Assembly: GCA_002245135.1 (NCBI GenBank)
Contig: NGBS01000301.1
Span: 1 to 64,000 of the forward strand
Direction: 5' to 3'
DNA length: 64,000 nt
DNA from: Proteromonas lacertae
Taxonomy: Eukaryota
The notes under the pieces were generated by a model. The model was given only the letters and a program-made list of their open reading frames with translations, was not told where the DNA came from and did no database searches. A program made the translations under genes and the position numbers. Each line of letters starts with the position of its first letter. The stretch's first letter is position 1. Below, one piece after another: positions 52,379 through 64,000 of the stretch.

Positions 52379-53933
52379 ATGAACCAAGCAGTTAAAGAAC
52401 TTTTAGTATCTACCAAACACGTATACAATGCATTTTTCATGTTAATAAAATTAGAAAATCGATGATGTTGGTTATTCTACTACAACTGTGACAGAACTGA
52501 CATATAAACTGAAAGACATAATATGTGATGCATTATGTGATAATCCAAAATTAGACAAGCTGAAATTAGTTGAAATAGTCAAAAAAGAAATTGAAAATGT
52601 GTTTGGAAATGAGATCCGTAATATAGTAAGTCGTGATTTGTTGAACTTTGATGGTAATCCATCTTCAACACAACCAGATATAGGAGTGATTCTGAAAAGT
52701 GAAAAGTATCAACAGTTACTAAACAAAATAATGACACAAATATCATACTCTATAACCCAAATAAACAGAGATCTAATATATGATGATGCAGATGCAGTAT
52801 ATTCTATAAAATATATTCCATATTAGACATCTTTATGGGCAAATATTGAAAGTGATTTACCAATAGAAAACACAACAGAAAATGGTGAAGATAATGATGA
52901 CGAAGATGACGAAGATGACGAAGATATTAATATGGAATCATATATATTTAGTTTTAACGATGATATAATTAACTTAGATATAATCATTCATGGATTTACA
53001 ACAGATGATGAAGATTCAATATTAAAGAGTTTTAATGTATATTTATTCATATATTTATTCTCATTATTTTATATTTTATAGGATTTAAAGACATGGAGTC
53101 CATCAGATTTAACATGTGATGAAAATTGGGATATTTTAATAGAATTTATCTTAACACAATTTTGGAGTAATAAAACATCCAATAGAATTACAGAAGAAGC
53201 TAAAATTTGTATAAAACGACTATTTTTTGAAGTTATTGACACAAATCCAGGTGCATCAGGTCAAGTATTATTGGCTTACGTTAATTTCATTATCAATCAA
53301 TTCAAAAATAATCCAATCTACATAAAAGACATCACAAATACAGTATAATTTTGTATTTTTATATTTTGTTGTTATAGTCTAATCAATTATTATCAATAGT
53401 AATTCGTTCAATAAATATTCTTCTTCCAATGCTGAATACACTCTCAACACAATGGAATTACATCAAAGATGAAATAATCGATCAAATAATCTTAGGAATA
53501 TTGTCACTAATTCAAGTCTATGAAAATGATAATGAATTATATACACCCTTCGATATTATTGCATTATTAGAACCAACAGGAGAATGGTTATGTGAATGGA
53601 TAAGAAGATGTATTCCTCGAAAGCAAATGGTTCATTATATGAAACAATTAGGTGCTTTATCTACTTTATTATATTATTATATCAACTTTCAAGGTTTGAT
53701 TGATAATAATATAATAATTACTACAGATGATGGAATATTATCGAAGAGTAAAATGCATTTATATAAATATGAATTCTCATTACATATAATCTGTTACTTG
53801 ATTAGATATTCTGAATTATCGAATTATTGTCCAGTTTCTGTTCCAACGAATGTTTCATTGAAATATGATTCTATTCATCAACCAAATTCGTTTATTGTTG
53901 AAGGTGATAAGAATTCAAATGATTTGTATATTA

Positions 53934-53966
<33 letters not shown>

Positions 53967-56667
53967 TTAAAATAGAATAAGAACAATAATAAATGTACAA
54001 AATTCTGCTTTTTCTGATACTGTTCTTATTATATATCAGAATATAATTGATGTTTCGATTATGATGTTATATTTACCATTGATATATCCACAATCTTGTT
54101 TGTCCAATGAAAAGTTATTAAATTTACATAAAGACATATTAGAAAACGTATAAATATATTATTTTATTGTTAATATAGACATTTGAAAGAGAAAAACTTC
54201 ATATTGAAACATTTTCAGAATTAACCTTAAATGCATTTATCTTATATTTATCAATATTTATACACGACAAATCCAATATAGGAATTGATGTGAAAAACTT
54301 CTTCAATCCAATATTAAGTCAAGGAAATGATTGGTTGAAGTTATTAGTATGGAATAAATCATATTCTCCACAATTACTGTTATTTATATATAAAATACTA
54401 TTGACTGATTCTTATACACAATATAATGTATTATTACATTATTCATTAAATGAAGTTTTAGAAGGTCATATTACTGATAATAACACTTTTATGTTTATAA
54501 TTAATAATGATAATAAGTATATATATATGCAAATATTATTCTAATTCTATTTAAATAGTAGTTCTGATGGAGATAATGAAGAAGCAGAAATGCCTTTATC
54601 AACACTAATCGATTTAATTCATTTAGTTGGTATTGATTATATATCAAATACTATTTACATAACTCAACTACAAATACCATTAATTCGTGCAATGAGAAAT
54701 CAATACAAGCAAATACCATCACTACCATTGACAAGCGATGTAACTGCTTGGAAAGATGCAATTATTGAAGTTTTCTCAAAGTTAGTTATTAATCCTAACT
54801 TATCTTGTTTTTTACTATCTGATGCTGACATTCAAGAAAGTATATTAGATTACTTTGATATGAAATTAACATGTAATTATAATATCACTTTATATTTATA
54901 TCAAATGTTAATGAATCCTACAGCTTCCAGTACTTTATTCTCATCTAATTTGTTACATCATACATTGAAACTAATAGGAGAAAGTGAGAAAGATGGTATA
55001 TATTGTTTCTTTATGATAATTATATGATATAGACATTCCAATTCTTTTAAAAATGTATAATATTGAGAATTATCCAGAGTTTTATTCATCTATACAAATT
55101 GTATATATTATTATATGTTTATATAAATAATTATTAGATATTATTATTCTCTCATTCACCCTATATATTTTATCAGAATAATATACATCAAAGAGTTGAT
55201 AGTCCATTTTTTGCACCAGGAATTAATCCAATTCAATATAGAGATTTATCTGAATTTTTATCATTAATAGCAAATGTATTGTAATATTTTTATTATTATA
55301 TATTAGTTTGATTCATTATATGATGATATTCAATCACTGTTGATATACATTTATCGAATAATATTCACAAATCCATTCCAATGTTTACTTTTCACTACTA
55401 ATTATAATCTAAAAGATAGTATTGAATCATATTTAGCAAAGTATAAAATATAATTATTATTATTATATAAAATAGTCTACAAGATGAATCAATCAGTTTA
55501 CAAAGTAAAGGATTATTAGATTTATTATCATTTATCTACAGTATTGGTGGTTCAAATGAAGTAAATAGAGATACTCCTTACTGGAAAATAACTAATGATA
55601 AGCTGACAGTAATTGATCCAATGAAGAGTTATAATCCACAATTTATATATGATTGTAAATTGGTAAGTTCAATATATGATACATTATCAAATTATGATTT
55701 AGCAAATGGATTTATTGTGTATTTACATCAAGATTCAATATCAATTGACGATTTATGTTATATATTGCAATCCCTATTCACTAATTCAAGTTCCTCTCCT
55801 ATTGTCTTACCAAATGCTTATAATGTATCAGCGATTGAATTAGAATGTGTATAAATCTATACATTTATAAAATTATATTGTAATATAAAATAGTTGAGAA
55901 AAATGGAGAATTACTGTAAATATCTTGATATAAATTCAACCATTTATTGTTCATTATTCAGTAACTATTATCATTACTTCAAACCAGATATTGAACCACT
56001 ACTAACAATTGATTGGACTATTAATATTATACTATTGTGTTTATTAGATAATAATCCAAAAGCCAATGATATTCTGTTAAGTAAAGTGTTAAACTTTGTT
56101 GAAGAATATTTCTCTTATACTTGGTCACATTCTGATGAGATATTTGTATATTGTTATTATTATTATTTATTTATTTATATACATATTAGAAATCTCATAA
56201 GTATTCATACATTCGTAGACTAATGAGAAGTTGTACTTTAATTGAAAAGTATTTATATACATTTATGCTATTCTTTTTTTAAATTATAATAGAATTTTAT
56301 CATTGGAATTACCTCAATTATATAATGTATTTAAAGTTGCCAATATTTCACTTGTGAATTTAATATTACCATGGCTTATACATAACTTCATAGGATATTT
56401 AGATTTACAAGATATAGTGATCTACTTCTGTTATGGTGCGTTATTTGGTCATGATTACCAAATATGTTATATATTATCAGTGCTAAAATCAATGGAACAA
56501 GTGTATATGAAATATGCGTTTAGATGTGATTTTTACAGTTGTATATTGTTAGAACCAGTATATTTGATTTGTTGTTATTGTATTTATAGTTGAATTATTC
56601 TGCTCATTCATCTGTTGATATAATAGAATCTTACCATGCGAAATATTCTGATCTTTTGTCTAATTAA
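52379..56667 (+). CDS. Broad-minded (BROMI/TBC1D32)-like protein
   Basis: PFDIIALLEPTGEWL and C-terminal ELPQLYNVF..PWLIHNFIGYLD..I..Y....ALFGHDYQICYILSVLK resemble the BROMI C-terminal TBC-like region, compared from memory; many short introns. Confidence 0.7.
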
Positions 56668-56702
56668 GTTTTTTTCATTTTTAATTTTTTATTCGTTACA
56701 AA

Positions 56703-58691
56703 ATGATAAAAAAAAATTTATTATTGTTGTTAATAGCAATAACTATAATATCTGAATTTGTTGGTATTATATTCTATTCAAAAATAACTAATATCGATAA
56801 TTTGCTAGAAAAGTATGAATATTTTCACAATAATCACTCAATGAAGGAGTCTAATATTCCAACTATTATATGTTCTCCAATATTGCTAGGAGGTCTGAAT
56901 AATAGGATTGTTTCCATTGTATCTGCGCTAACAATTGCATTAGTTAAATGGAAGTTATTCTATAGTACTTATAATTAAATTTTATTTTATTATACATAGT
57001 GATAAAATGGAATCTATTTCCTCAAATGTTTAACTTACCGTTCAATAAATACTTTCTAGATAGTATATAGAAATGTAATAATAATGTAACTAATAGACTA
57101 TGATGCATCTACAGTACCAATGATTGCTATATTCACTGAAAAGGCAAAAGAAAGGATTGATGTAATAATGAATCAGAATATCAGTAAAATAAGATTTGCA
57201 ACATACTACTGTTTGGTTGATAAAATCATTACATCACTTAATAACAATCAATATCTACTATCTTTAGGTTTAATTCATCATTTAGGAACTACGAAAGAAA
57301 TAACATCTCAAATATGTCATTTTATCCTAAACAGAATCTTGATTTTACAACCTAAATATGAAGATAGATTAAACAACTACTATAAAACTAATTTTCATAA
57401 TAAATATGTGATAGGTCTACATTTAAGAACTGGTTATGGTGATTTTATTGAAACAGAGAAATTTATAGTAAGAGGACAAGAAAATGACTTTATAAAATAT
57501 GGTTTAAAATATTCAAATAATCATAAAAATGTGATATGGTTTATTTGTAGTGATAATACAATATTAAAAGAAAGAATAAAAAGAGCGATGAATAATACGA
57601 ATTACAAAATAATTAGTTATTCTAATAAATTCGCAAGTCATAGTGGAGAACAAGTTAATCTGAATGAAGAATTAAGATGTATAATAGAAATGAAACTATT
57701 AGGATTAGCAGATTGCTTAGTATTAACAAATAATAGTACTTTTAGTGAAAATGCATTCTATTCAAATAAAATATCATTTAATAATGAAAAAGATAAATAT
57801 ATTTTTATTGAGAAAAGAAATTCTTCGAGTTTTGAAGAAATGATGAATAATACAATAAAGTATTTAAATACCCAAATATCTGAAACAACTAATATAATGG
57901 ATAATAAATTAACTAATTTAAAGATTGAGCTAGATCAAGATGAATATGAACATACACTTCATTATGATCCAAAATACAATGATACTGAAAGTATATTGAA
58001 CAGTAAAAGGACATTACAAATATCACCTGTTATTAATAATACAAACGTTGATATAATATTTGCAATATATTGTTTACCGCATCATTTAACTACTCGCATA
58101 GTGATAAGATCAATAATGAAAGAAATGAAAAACAGAATAGGAAATTATTCTATGATGTATTATTTTGTGAGTGGAACTCAAGTGAAATATGGTTATACTT
58201 ATCCATTGGAGTATTTAAAAAGAGAATCAGAAGAGTATAATGATATAATAGTATTTAGCCATCATCCTAAATACAAATATAATATACTAAAATCATTTTT
58301 GTTGTTTAATTATTTGATGAAGAATTTCAACCCATTCAAATACTTCATTAGAATAGATTCACATGTTTATTTTAGTCCATTTGAGTTGTATAAATTAATT
58401 AAAGAAAAATGTGATTATACTGGATATAGTTCATTCCAAATCATTACATATAACATGATAAAAGAAGTATTAAATGAAAGAAAAGTAATATCAAAATTCT
58501 TTGGAAATGAAGATGGTTTCTATTCTTACTTCAAAAGAAAATATAAAATTTCATATTGTAAACTATCTGATAAAGATGAATATTACTATAATGGTGAGAA
58601 AATAGATATTACAAAGAATGTTAATCATATTGTCGAATTATTTATACCAAATTCGTTGATAATTTACTTTCTAAAAAAGAAAGGGTATTGA
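56703..58691 (+). CDS. Type II membrane dual glycosyltransferase: fucosyltransferase-like plus GT31 beta-1,3-galactosyltransferase-like
   Basis: N-terminal TM; GGLNNRI, VIGLHLRTG, WFICSDN, LLGLADCLVLTNNSTFS; then RIVIRS, LKRESEEYNDII, YFIRIDSHVY. Confidence 0.8.
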
Positions 58692-58756
58692 AATATTAAG
58701 ATATGTGTATAATACAAGTAAATAGATAGTTTTTAAATTAATTTCATTTTAGATTT

Positions 58757-58766
58757 TCAAGCTTGA
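58757..58766. promoter_or_regulatory. Palindrome TCAAGCTTGA, fullest instance of a recurrent upstream motif
   Basis: 75 bp upstream of ATG 58841; the half-site GCTTGA/TCAAGC recurs before many other starts. Confidence 0.5.
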
Positions 58767-58840
58767 TGTTTGTAGCAGTTACACAAAATTCAAAAAATCA
58801 TATTCTCATCTCTCTTTCTAAAGAATTAATCATTGTTTGA

Positions 58841-60730
58841 ATGAGGCCTCATTTATCAGTGAATCTTAGCATGCATGATGAAGAGAAATTGGATGTATAT
58901 AAGTCACTTTATCACTTTAGTCTCCTGCAGTGAGAAATATGCCAGATGAATTGATTCCAGAACCAGCATTTACCGGAATCAAATCATTAGCCAAACCGAT
59001 AGTGACAGAAGGCGCTTCTCGTTATGATTTAGCTAGATTCGAAGAAATCATATTATCAGTGAATTTAATGTGTTTGCCTAATGTATTAGCAATGGAAATA
59101 AAAGATGAACGATTTTCTTATATCACAATAGAACAGCCATTAATGTTTGAATCCTTAGTGACTCTATTGCATTCACCACTAAAACTAACATTTGCTAAAA
59201 TATTACTAAAGTTATGTAATGGTCTTACTATGTTAAGATCACTTAATGTAATTCATGGAAATCTCAAGCCTTCAAACATATTATTTGACAAAGATGGTGT
59301 ATTAAAATTATCAGATTACTGTATAAACTCAATTAGAGATATTACACTTTTACCACTAAGTTATTATAACTATTTAACTCCAGAACAATTATTCCAAAAA
59401 GAGATTAACCATTATAGTGATATATGGAGTGTAGGATGTATAATATATTATTTATTATATGAAAAAAACATATTTGAAGGACAATCCTATAAAGAAATAA
59501 AAGAATCAATAATAAATTGTGAAAAACTAAAGTTAAAAGGAGATGATATATTTGTAAAATTAATTAGAAAATGTTTAAAAATTGATTATAGAAAAAGAAT
59601 AAGCATGAGTGAATTAGTGAAAACAATAGAAACAATGACATTCAGTGCAAGAATAGAATTAAAAGCTGAAATATCAAAACAGGATATTCAACAATTACAA
59701 TTACAGCTATTGAATAATCCAAATAAATTTGTATTTGATAATTTGTTTTTATGTTTTGCGAATAATGTGTATATTACAAGTGAACAATACGCTATGATAA
59801 ATAAATGTAATAATCGATGTATATATATATATATATTATTTAATAGTTTATATAAATCAAATAATTGCAGCTTATAACATATTCAAAACTACCAGCAAAT
59901 ATTTAATTTATTTAATAAATATAATATTGATACATCCCAAGAATTCACTGATTAAATATATAACTGACAGATTTATTCGACATATACAAATTCGAAATGC
60001 ATTTAATGAATTAACAAAGATTGATACGTTTTTATTGAATGGATTATATGAAAATAAAATCGATATTCATGATATACATATTGGATCAAATGGTGTGAAA
60101 TTTATTGTTGATAATTTCAGTATATTTCGTAATTTAAAAATATTGAATATAAAAAATATTGGTTTAGTTGCAGGTGATGTAAAGCTATTATTTGATAATA
60201 TTCATCTAATTCCATCATTAGAAATACTTTTAATAAAGGATAGAATAGGAGATGAAGGAATGAAGTATTTAAGTGAAAATATGAAATATTTAATCCATAA
60301 ACCTGAAGATGAACAAGAAATAATAGATGATAATGATATAAGCAATAAAAATGAGGAATTAATAGTAGATTTATCAGATATGCAAATGTCAAATGAAGGA
60401 ATAAAATATGTGGCTAATAATTTATCATCTTTAGAATTTGTACATAGAATTAATATTAGTAATAACAATAACATAAGCGATGATGGTTTGATGTATTTTA
60501 GTGAAAGATGTACTATACTAAAAGCAATTAAAGAATTGAATTTTGAATGTATATTATTATATTATATTTATTATGTAGTTTTGACTATATCTGATGTTTC
60601 TTTATCTTCAATGAAACAGTTACTGGATGATTTGCCAACATTGAGAAGAACGAGTTTGAAATTTACTTCTTTTACTGATGCTGGAATAAAATTTTTGCAT
60701 TTAATTTATCCTAATGTAAAATTTGATTAA
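58841..60730 (+). CDS. Pseudokinase plus RNI-like leucine-rich repeats
   Basis: IHGNLKPSNILF, LSDYC, YLTPEQ, SDIWSVGC; LRRs IGDEGMKYL and ISDDGLMYF. Confidence 0.82.
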
Positions 60731-61117
60731 ATATATATAATATGTTTTTATATTTCATTTGTTTATTTTAAGCACTGGATATTTGTCAAAAAAGACAAAT
60801 CACAGTGGAAAGACAATATCTCACAGCAACCTTGGGGTGTAGATTATACAAACATATTCAACATCACTGAAGACTATCTTCATATAATCCAACTGCTTTC
60901 TTATTAAAATGAAAGTAGTTAATTTGTTAAAAATTGTAGTTAATGATTTGATTGAGATTTTGATTAAGTAAGTTTTTTGCTATTTAATAATACTGTGAGC
61001 AAAGCAAATACCCCATAAATCTGTCTATAAAAATTAAAAAGATAAAAAAGTCTAGTGTATATCTAAATAAACTAATGTAATTTTATATGGGTTAATACTC
61101 ATTTTCCATAAATTAAG

Positions 61118-62368
61118 ATGTTTGGCTTTATATGGACTGTAATAAAATATCTAATCGCTTATAACGTAATAACATTCATTATTTCAAAAGTAAGAGTATT
61201 GTATTTAATGTTTTAGGTTATTTCATCACCAGTGTGTAGTTTTATTAGTATAAATTATTGTATTCATACATTTTGATAGAGAAGAAATTAAATAAAGCTA
61301 TTCCAAAGTTCTTAAGCTTGAAAGCAGATTCAAAAACTTCACTCCAGTTTGATGTTTGTCCTCTTCGTGCAATATTAACAGCAAATAAACTGTTTGGTTT
61401 TGGAATATCTGGTGGTTGTATAAAAATTGAAATAAACGAAGAAAATAACAAATCAAACCTTTCAATATCTCAAGAAACAATCGCTATGTTTTTACAAACA
61501 TTATTTTCTTCTAAATATGAACTTACTATCGATTCTTTACCATCTATATTAACATTATGTAAATTCACTCAAATAGAGCTCTCTCAAGTCACGCTTGATA
61601 TAGAATACAAAGCAAATGGTGAATATCATAGGTAAAATAATACCAAATGTAACTGCAGTTATAAGATTAGCAAAACAACCTCAATCGCTTGTAGTAACAG
61701 TTATTCTCCCTAATTTCATGCAAACTCCATTAGAATCGATGAATGTATCCATACCAATGTCAGATAATAAAGAAAATACAATAGTCTTATCATTATCAAC
61801 AATATTGATAAATGATGTAACAATATTCGATTTTATCTGTCTAACTGCAGGATATATGGGTAAATGTATTGTACAGAATATAATGACATTATTAACTAAC
61901 TATTTATCATCTTTAACAGAAAATGGGATATTAACAGCAGGACAAAGTATAAAAAATGGATCATCCATAATTAGACAGAAATTGAGCTTTTTAGAGAATA
62001 TAAATTGGAGAGCTGCACTTGATTTCCCATTTGATATGTCATTAATTAATTCTTTAAAGAATTATGATTTTATAAAGATTCCACAATTAAGAGATGTTGA
62101 TTTTTCTAATCCTGCTACTCTTCAGAATTTAAAATGGTCAGATATGATGGATATATATACTACACTATCTAATGAAGGATATTTACCTCAAATTGAAACT
62201 GTTGATAATTATTTGAAAGATTCAAATTTGCCTTCAAGAAATATGATTTGTGATTATGTTACAAATACTAGTGTGTATAATGCAATACCTCCGTTGAATG
62301 AATTAGTGACTTTCTTTATCGAAAATCCTAATGATCCTAATAGACCTCCTGAGAATATCAATAATTGA
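61118..62368 (+). CDS. Hypothetical protein with N-terminal hydrophobic segment
   Basis: Two short introns, then ORFs 61258 and 61616 joined by a probable 1-nt indel near 61615; no recognisable family. Confidence 0.55.
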
Positions 62369-62486
62369 ATGTTTATGATGTTATTATTGTATTAATATAT
62401 TGTGTTGTTGAGTTAAATCAAAAAAATCAAAATAGAATTTGATATTTATGTTGAAACGGTCAAAAATATATTTTTTAAATATATAG

Positions 62487-63596
62487 ATGAAGTATTGTTG
62501 GTTTCTAATTTTAACAATTACATCGATATTATGTTGCGAAAATATGTGCAGTGGGCACGGTGAATGTACAAAAAAAGATAAATGTGTTTGTTATCCTGGT
62601 TGGGGTGCTGCTGACTGTTCACAAAGTATGAAATTAATAATAATCTATTTTTTAGGATCTTGTCCATTTAATGTTGCTTTTGTTGATCCTATATTAGGCG
62701 ATTTGAATCACGATGGAAAAGTATCAGAAGATATAGTAAAAACTGAATGGTTTCCAGCTATTGGATTGTCAGAAATTCCAGATAACAGAGGAAGAGTTCA
62801 TAGTTATGCAGAATGTTCAAATTCAGGTGCTTGTGACAGAAATACAGGTGAATGCAATTGTTATGATGGTTATGGTGGTTCTTCATGTCAACGAAGAACA
62901 TGTCCAACTAATAACAATAATACAATTTGTTCAGGACATGGAGAATGTATATCATCATCATACAAACTATCTAAAGACAATAATCCCTATTTTAGTTGGG
63001 AAGTAGATAAAGTATATACCTGTAAATGTGATTATGGTTTTCAAGGTTCTGATTGTAGTGAAAGAGAATGTCCAATAGGTATTGATGCAGTAACCACTAA
63101 ACCACCCGCAATGAAAGTTTATTTTATTATATATGATAAAGATAATATGGATTCTTTGGATGATGAAAATTATGTAGAAGGATTAGATTGTTCTTATTAT
63201 CATTTCACATTTACATATGATGGTGTAACTTATAAATCCAATGAAATTGCTTATAGGAATTTAGCAGGGTATGAAGCTGGTGATGATAAGATCAGAGAGT
63301 ATGTTAATGAGCTGACATTGATAATTAGACAAATTGAACCTTTAAAAGCTGCTAAAGTGGATTATATAAATGAATGGGATGAAATAGTGATTGAGGTTGA
63401 TAATTTAGATGTTAAATTATGGAATGAAGCTAAAATTCAAAGTGAATGTTTTGTTGACTCATTTTTTGAAGGATCTCTTCCTGAACAATATGTCTGCGGT
63501 AATCATGGTAATTGTAATACAGAAACAGGAAAATGTGAGTGTTTTAAAGGATATACTGGTGCAGCTTGTGACAGCTACATACAGACTGTAGTATGA
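62487..63596 (+). CDS. Mastigoneme-family (Sig1/Mas/Ocm-like) secreted EGF-repeat protein
   Basis: Signal peptide; CENMCSGHG, CPFNVAFVDPILGDLNHDG, HSYAECSNSGACDRNTGEC, GSDCSERECPIGID; terminal EGF CGNHGNCNTETGKCECFKGYTG; in-frame intron at about 62626-62655. Confidence 0.85.
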   Translation: MKYCWFLILTITSILCCENMCSGHGECTKKDKCVCYPGWGAADCSQSMKLIIIYFLGSCPFNVAFVDPILGDLNHDGKVSEDIVKTEWFPAIGLSEIPDNRGRVHSYAECSNSGACDRNTGECNCYDGYGGSSCQRRTCPTNNNNTICSGHGECISSSYKLSKDNNPYFSWEVDKVYTCKCDYGFQGSDCSERECPIGIDAVTTKPPAMKVYFIIYDKDNMDSLDDENYVEGLDCSYYHFTFTYDGVTYKSNEIAYRNLAGYEAGDDKIREYVNELTLIIRQIEPLKAAKVDYINEWDEIVIEVDNLDVKLWNEAKIQSECFVDSFFEGSLPEQYVCGNHGNCNTETGKCECFKGYTGAACDSYIQTVV

Positions 63597-63733
63597 ATTG
63601 GTATATAAATTTATATAAATACACATAATTTATTAATATTATTTAAATGATTTTTTGTGGTTAATTTCTATTTTGAAAATAGAAAATGTGTTTGATTGTG
63701 TCAAGCTTTTCTATATTTTAAAAATTCAATCTC

Positions 63734-64000
63734 ATGCCAAGTAAATTTATTTACATAATTATTAATAGATCCAAGGAAGAAAAGGAATTATTATGAAAGT
63801 AGCACAGATTCATCAGAAGCAGATCCGTATTTCTCAATTTCTATTCTTTAGATATGGATTTGGGAGTGATTTTGATCCTAGTGTTTCTAGAGTATTATTA
63901 GTATTTATTTAATGGTGTAGAATCGAAGAAAAAAAGATGAAAGAAAACAAAATAGAGAAAGAGATATAGACATGTTTGCAGAAGAATTGAAAACTAAACC
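63734..64000 (+). CDS. 5' part of a gene running off the window (basic/acidic N-terminus)
   Basis: ATG plus three short GT-AG introns give an open frame ending ..RDIDMFAEELKTK; product unknown. Confidence 0.6.

Noticed and set aside
1933..63591. Many 60-130 aa ORFs antisense or out of frame to real genes (e.g. 1933, 7874, 10325, 24487, 35647, 62761)
   Set aside because: These are shadow ORFs with F/L/I/Y-rich composition and no motifs.
1..63596. Stop codons created by polyadenylation (the Blastocystis TGTTTGTT-associated phenomenon)
   Set aside because: Every gene end I reconstructed has a genomic TAA, TAG or TGA. Only degenerate TG/T-rich tracts occur roughly 20-60 nt downstream of several stops.
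1..64000. Alternative genetic code or stop-codon readthrough suggested by fragmented ORFs
   Set aside because: The breaks are explained by short introns or 1-nt indels, and all three stop codons terminate genes normally.
1..64000. CRISPR arrays, rRNA, tRNA, telomeric repeats
   Set aside because: No repeat-spacer structure, rRNA signature, cloverleaf or telomeric array was seen by eye.

Overview
Very AT-rich, extremely gene-dense eukaryotic nuclear DNA with many tiny (about 24-45 nt) GT-AG introns, so the supplied ORF track mostly shows exon fragments. I reconstructed 28 genes by hand. Intron size, minor (U12-type) introns, mastigoneme-family genes and mitochondrion-targeted proteins point to a stramenopile, most like a Blastocystis/Proteromonas (Opalozoa) lineage; this is inference. 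Housekeeping genes: aldo-keto reductase, ATP-PFK, RPN2, 2-hydroxyacid dehydrogenase, FDX2-type ferredoxin, MMAB, Zim17/DNLZ and exportin-T. Scattered 1-nt indels, mostly insertions, look like long-read consensus errors. Main findings: (1) three U12-type introns with an AT-drifted consensus in two head-to-head genes, one AT-AC and two apparently AT-AA; (2) a BED-like zinc finger plus NLS fused to a PTPS-III folate enzyme, behind an E2F-like site; (3) a giant GLUG-REJ-TSP1-GPS polycystin-like receptor with an embedded tetraspanin; (4) an intronless Hsp70 with two ATPase domains; (5) two mastigoneme (Sig1/Mas) genes and a BROMI homologue; (6) a recurrent GCTTGA/TCAAGC motif just upstream of start codons; (7) pseudokinase-LRR, BTB-Ig-SPRY, FucT-GalT fusion and arginine-finger-less FAM13 RhoGAP genes; (8) a Tc1/IS630 transposase remnant.
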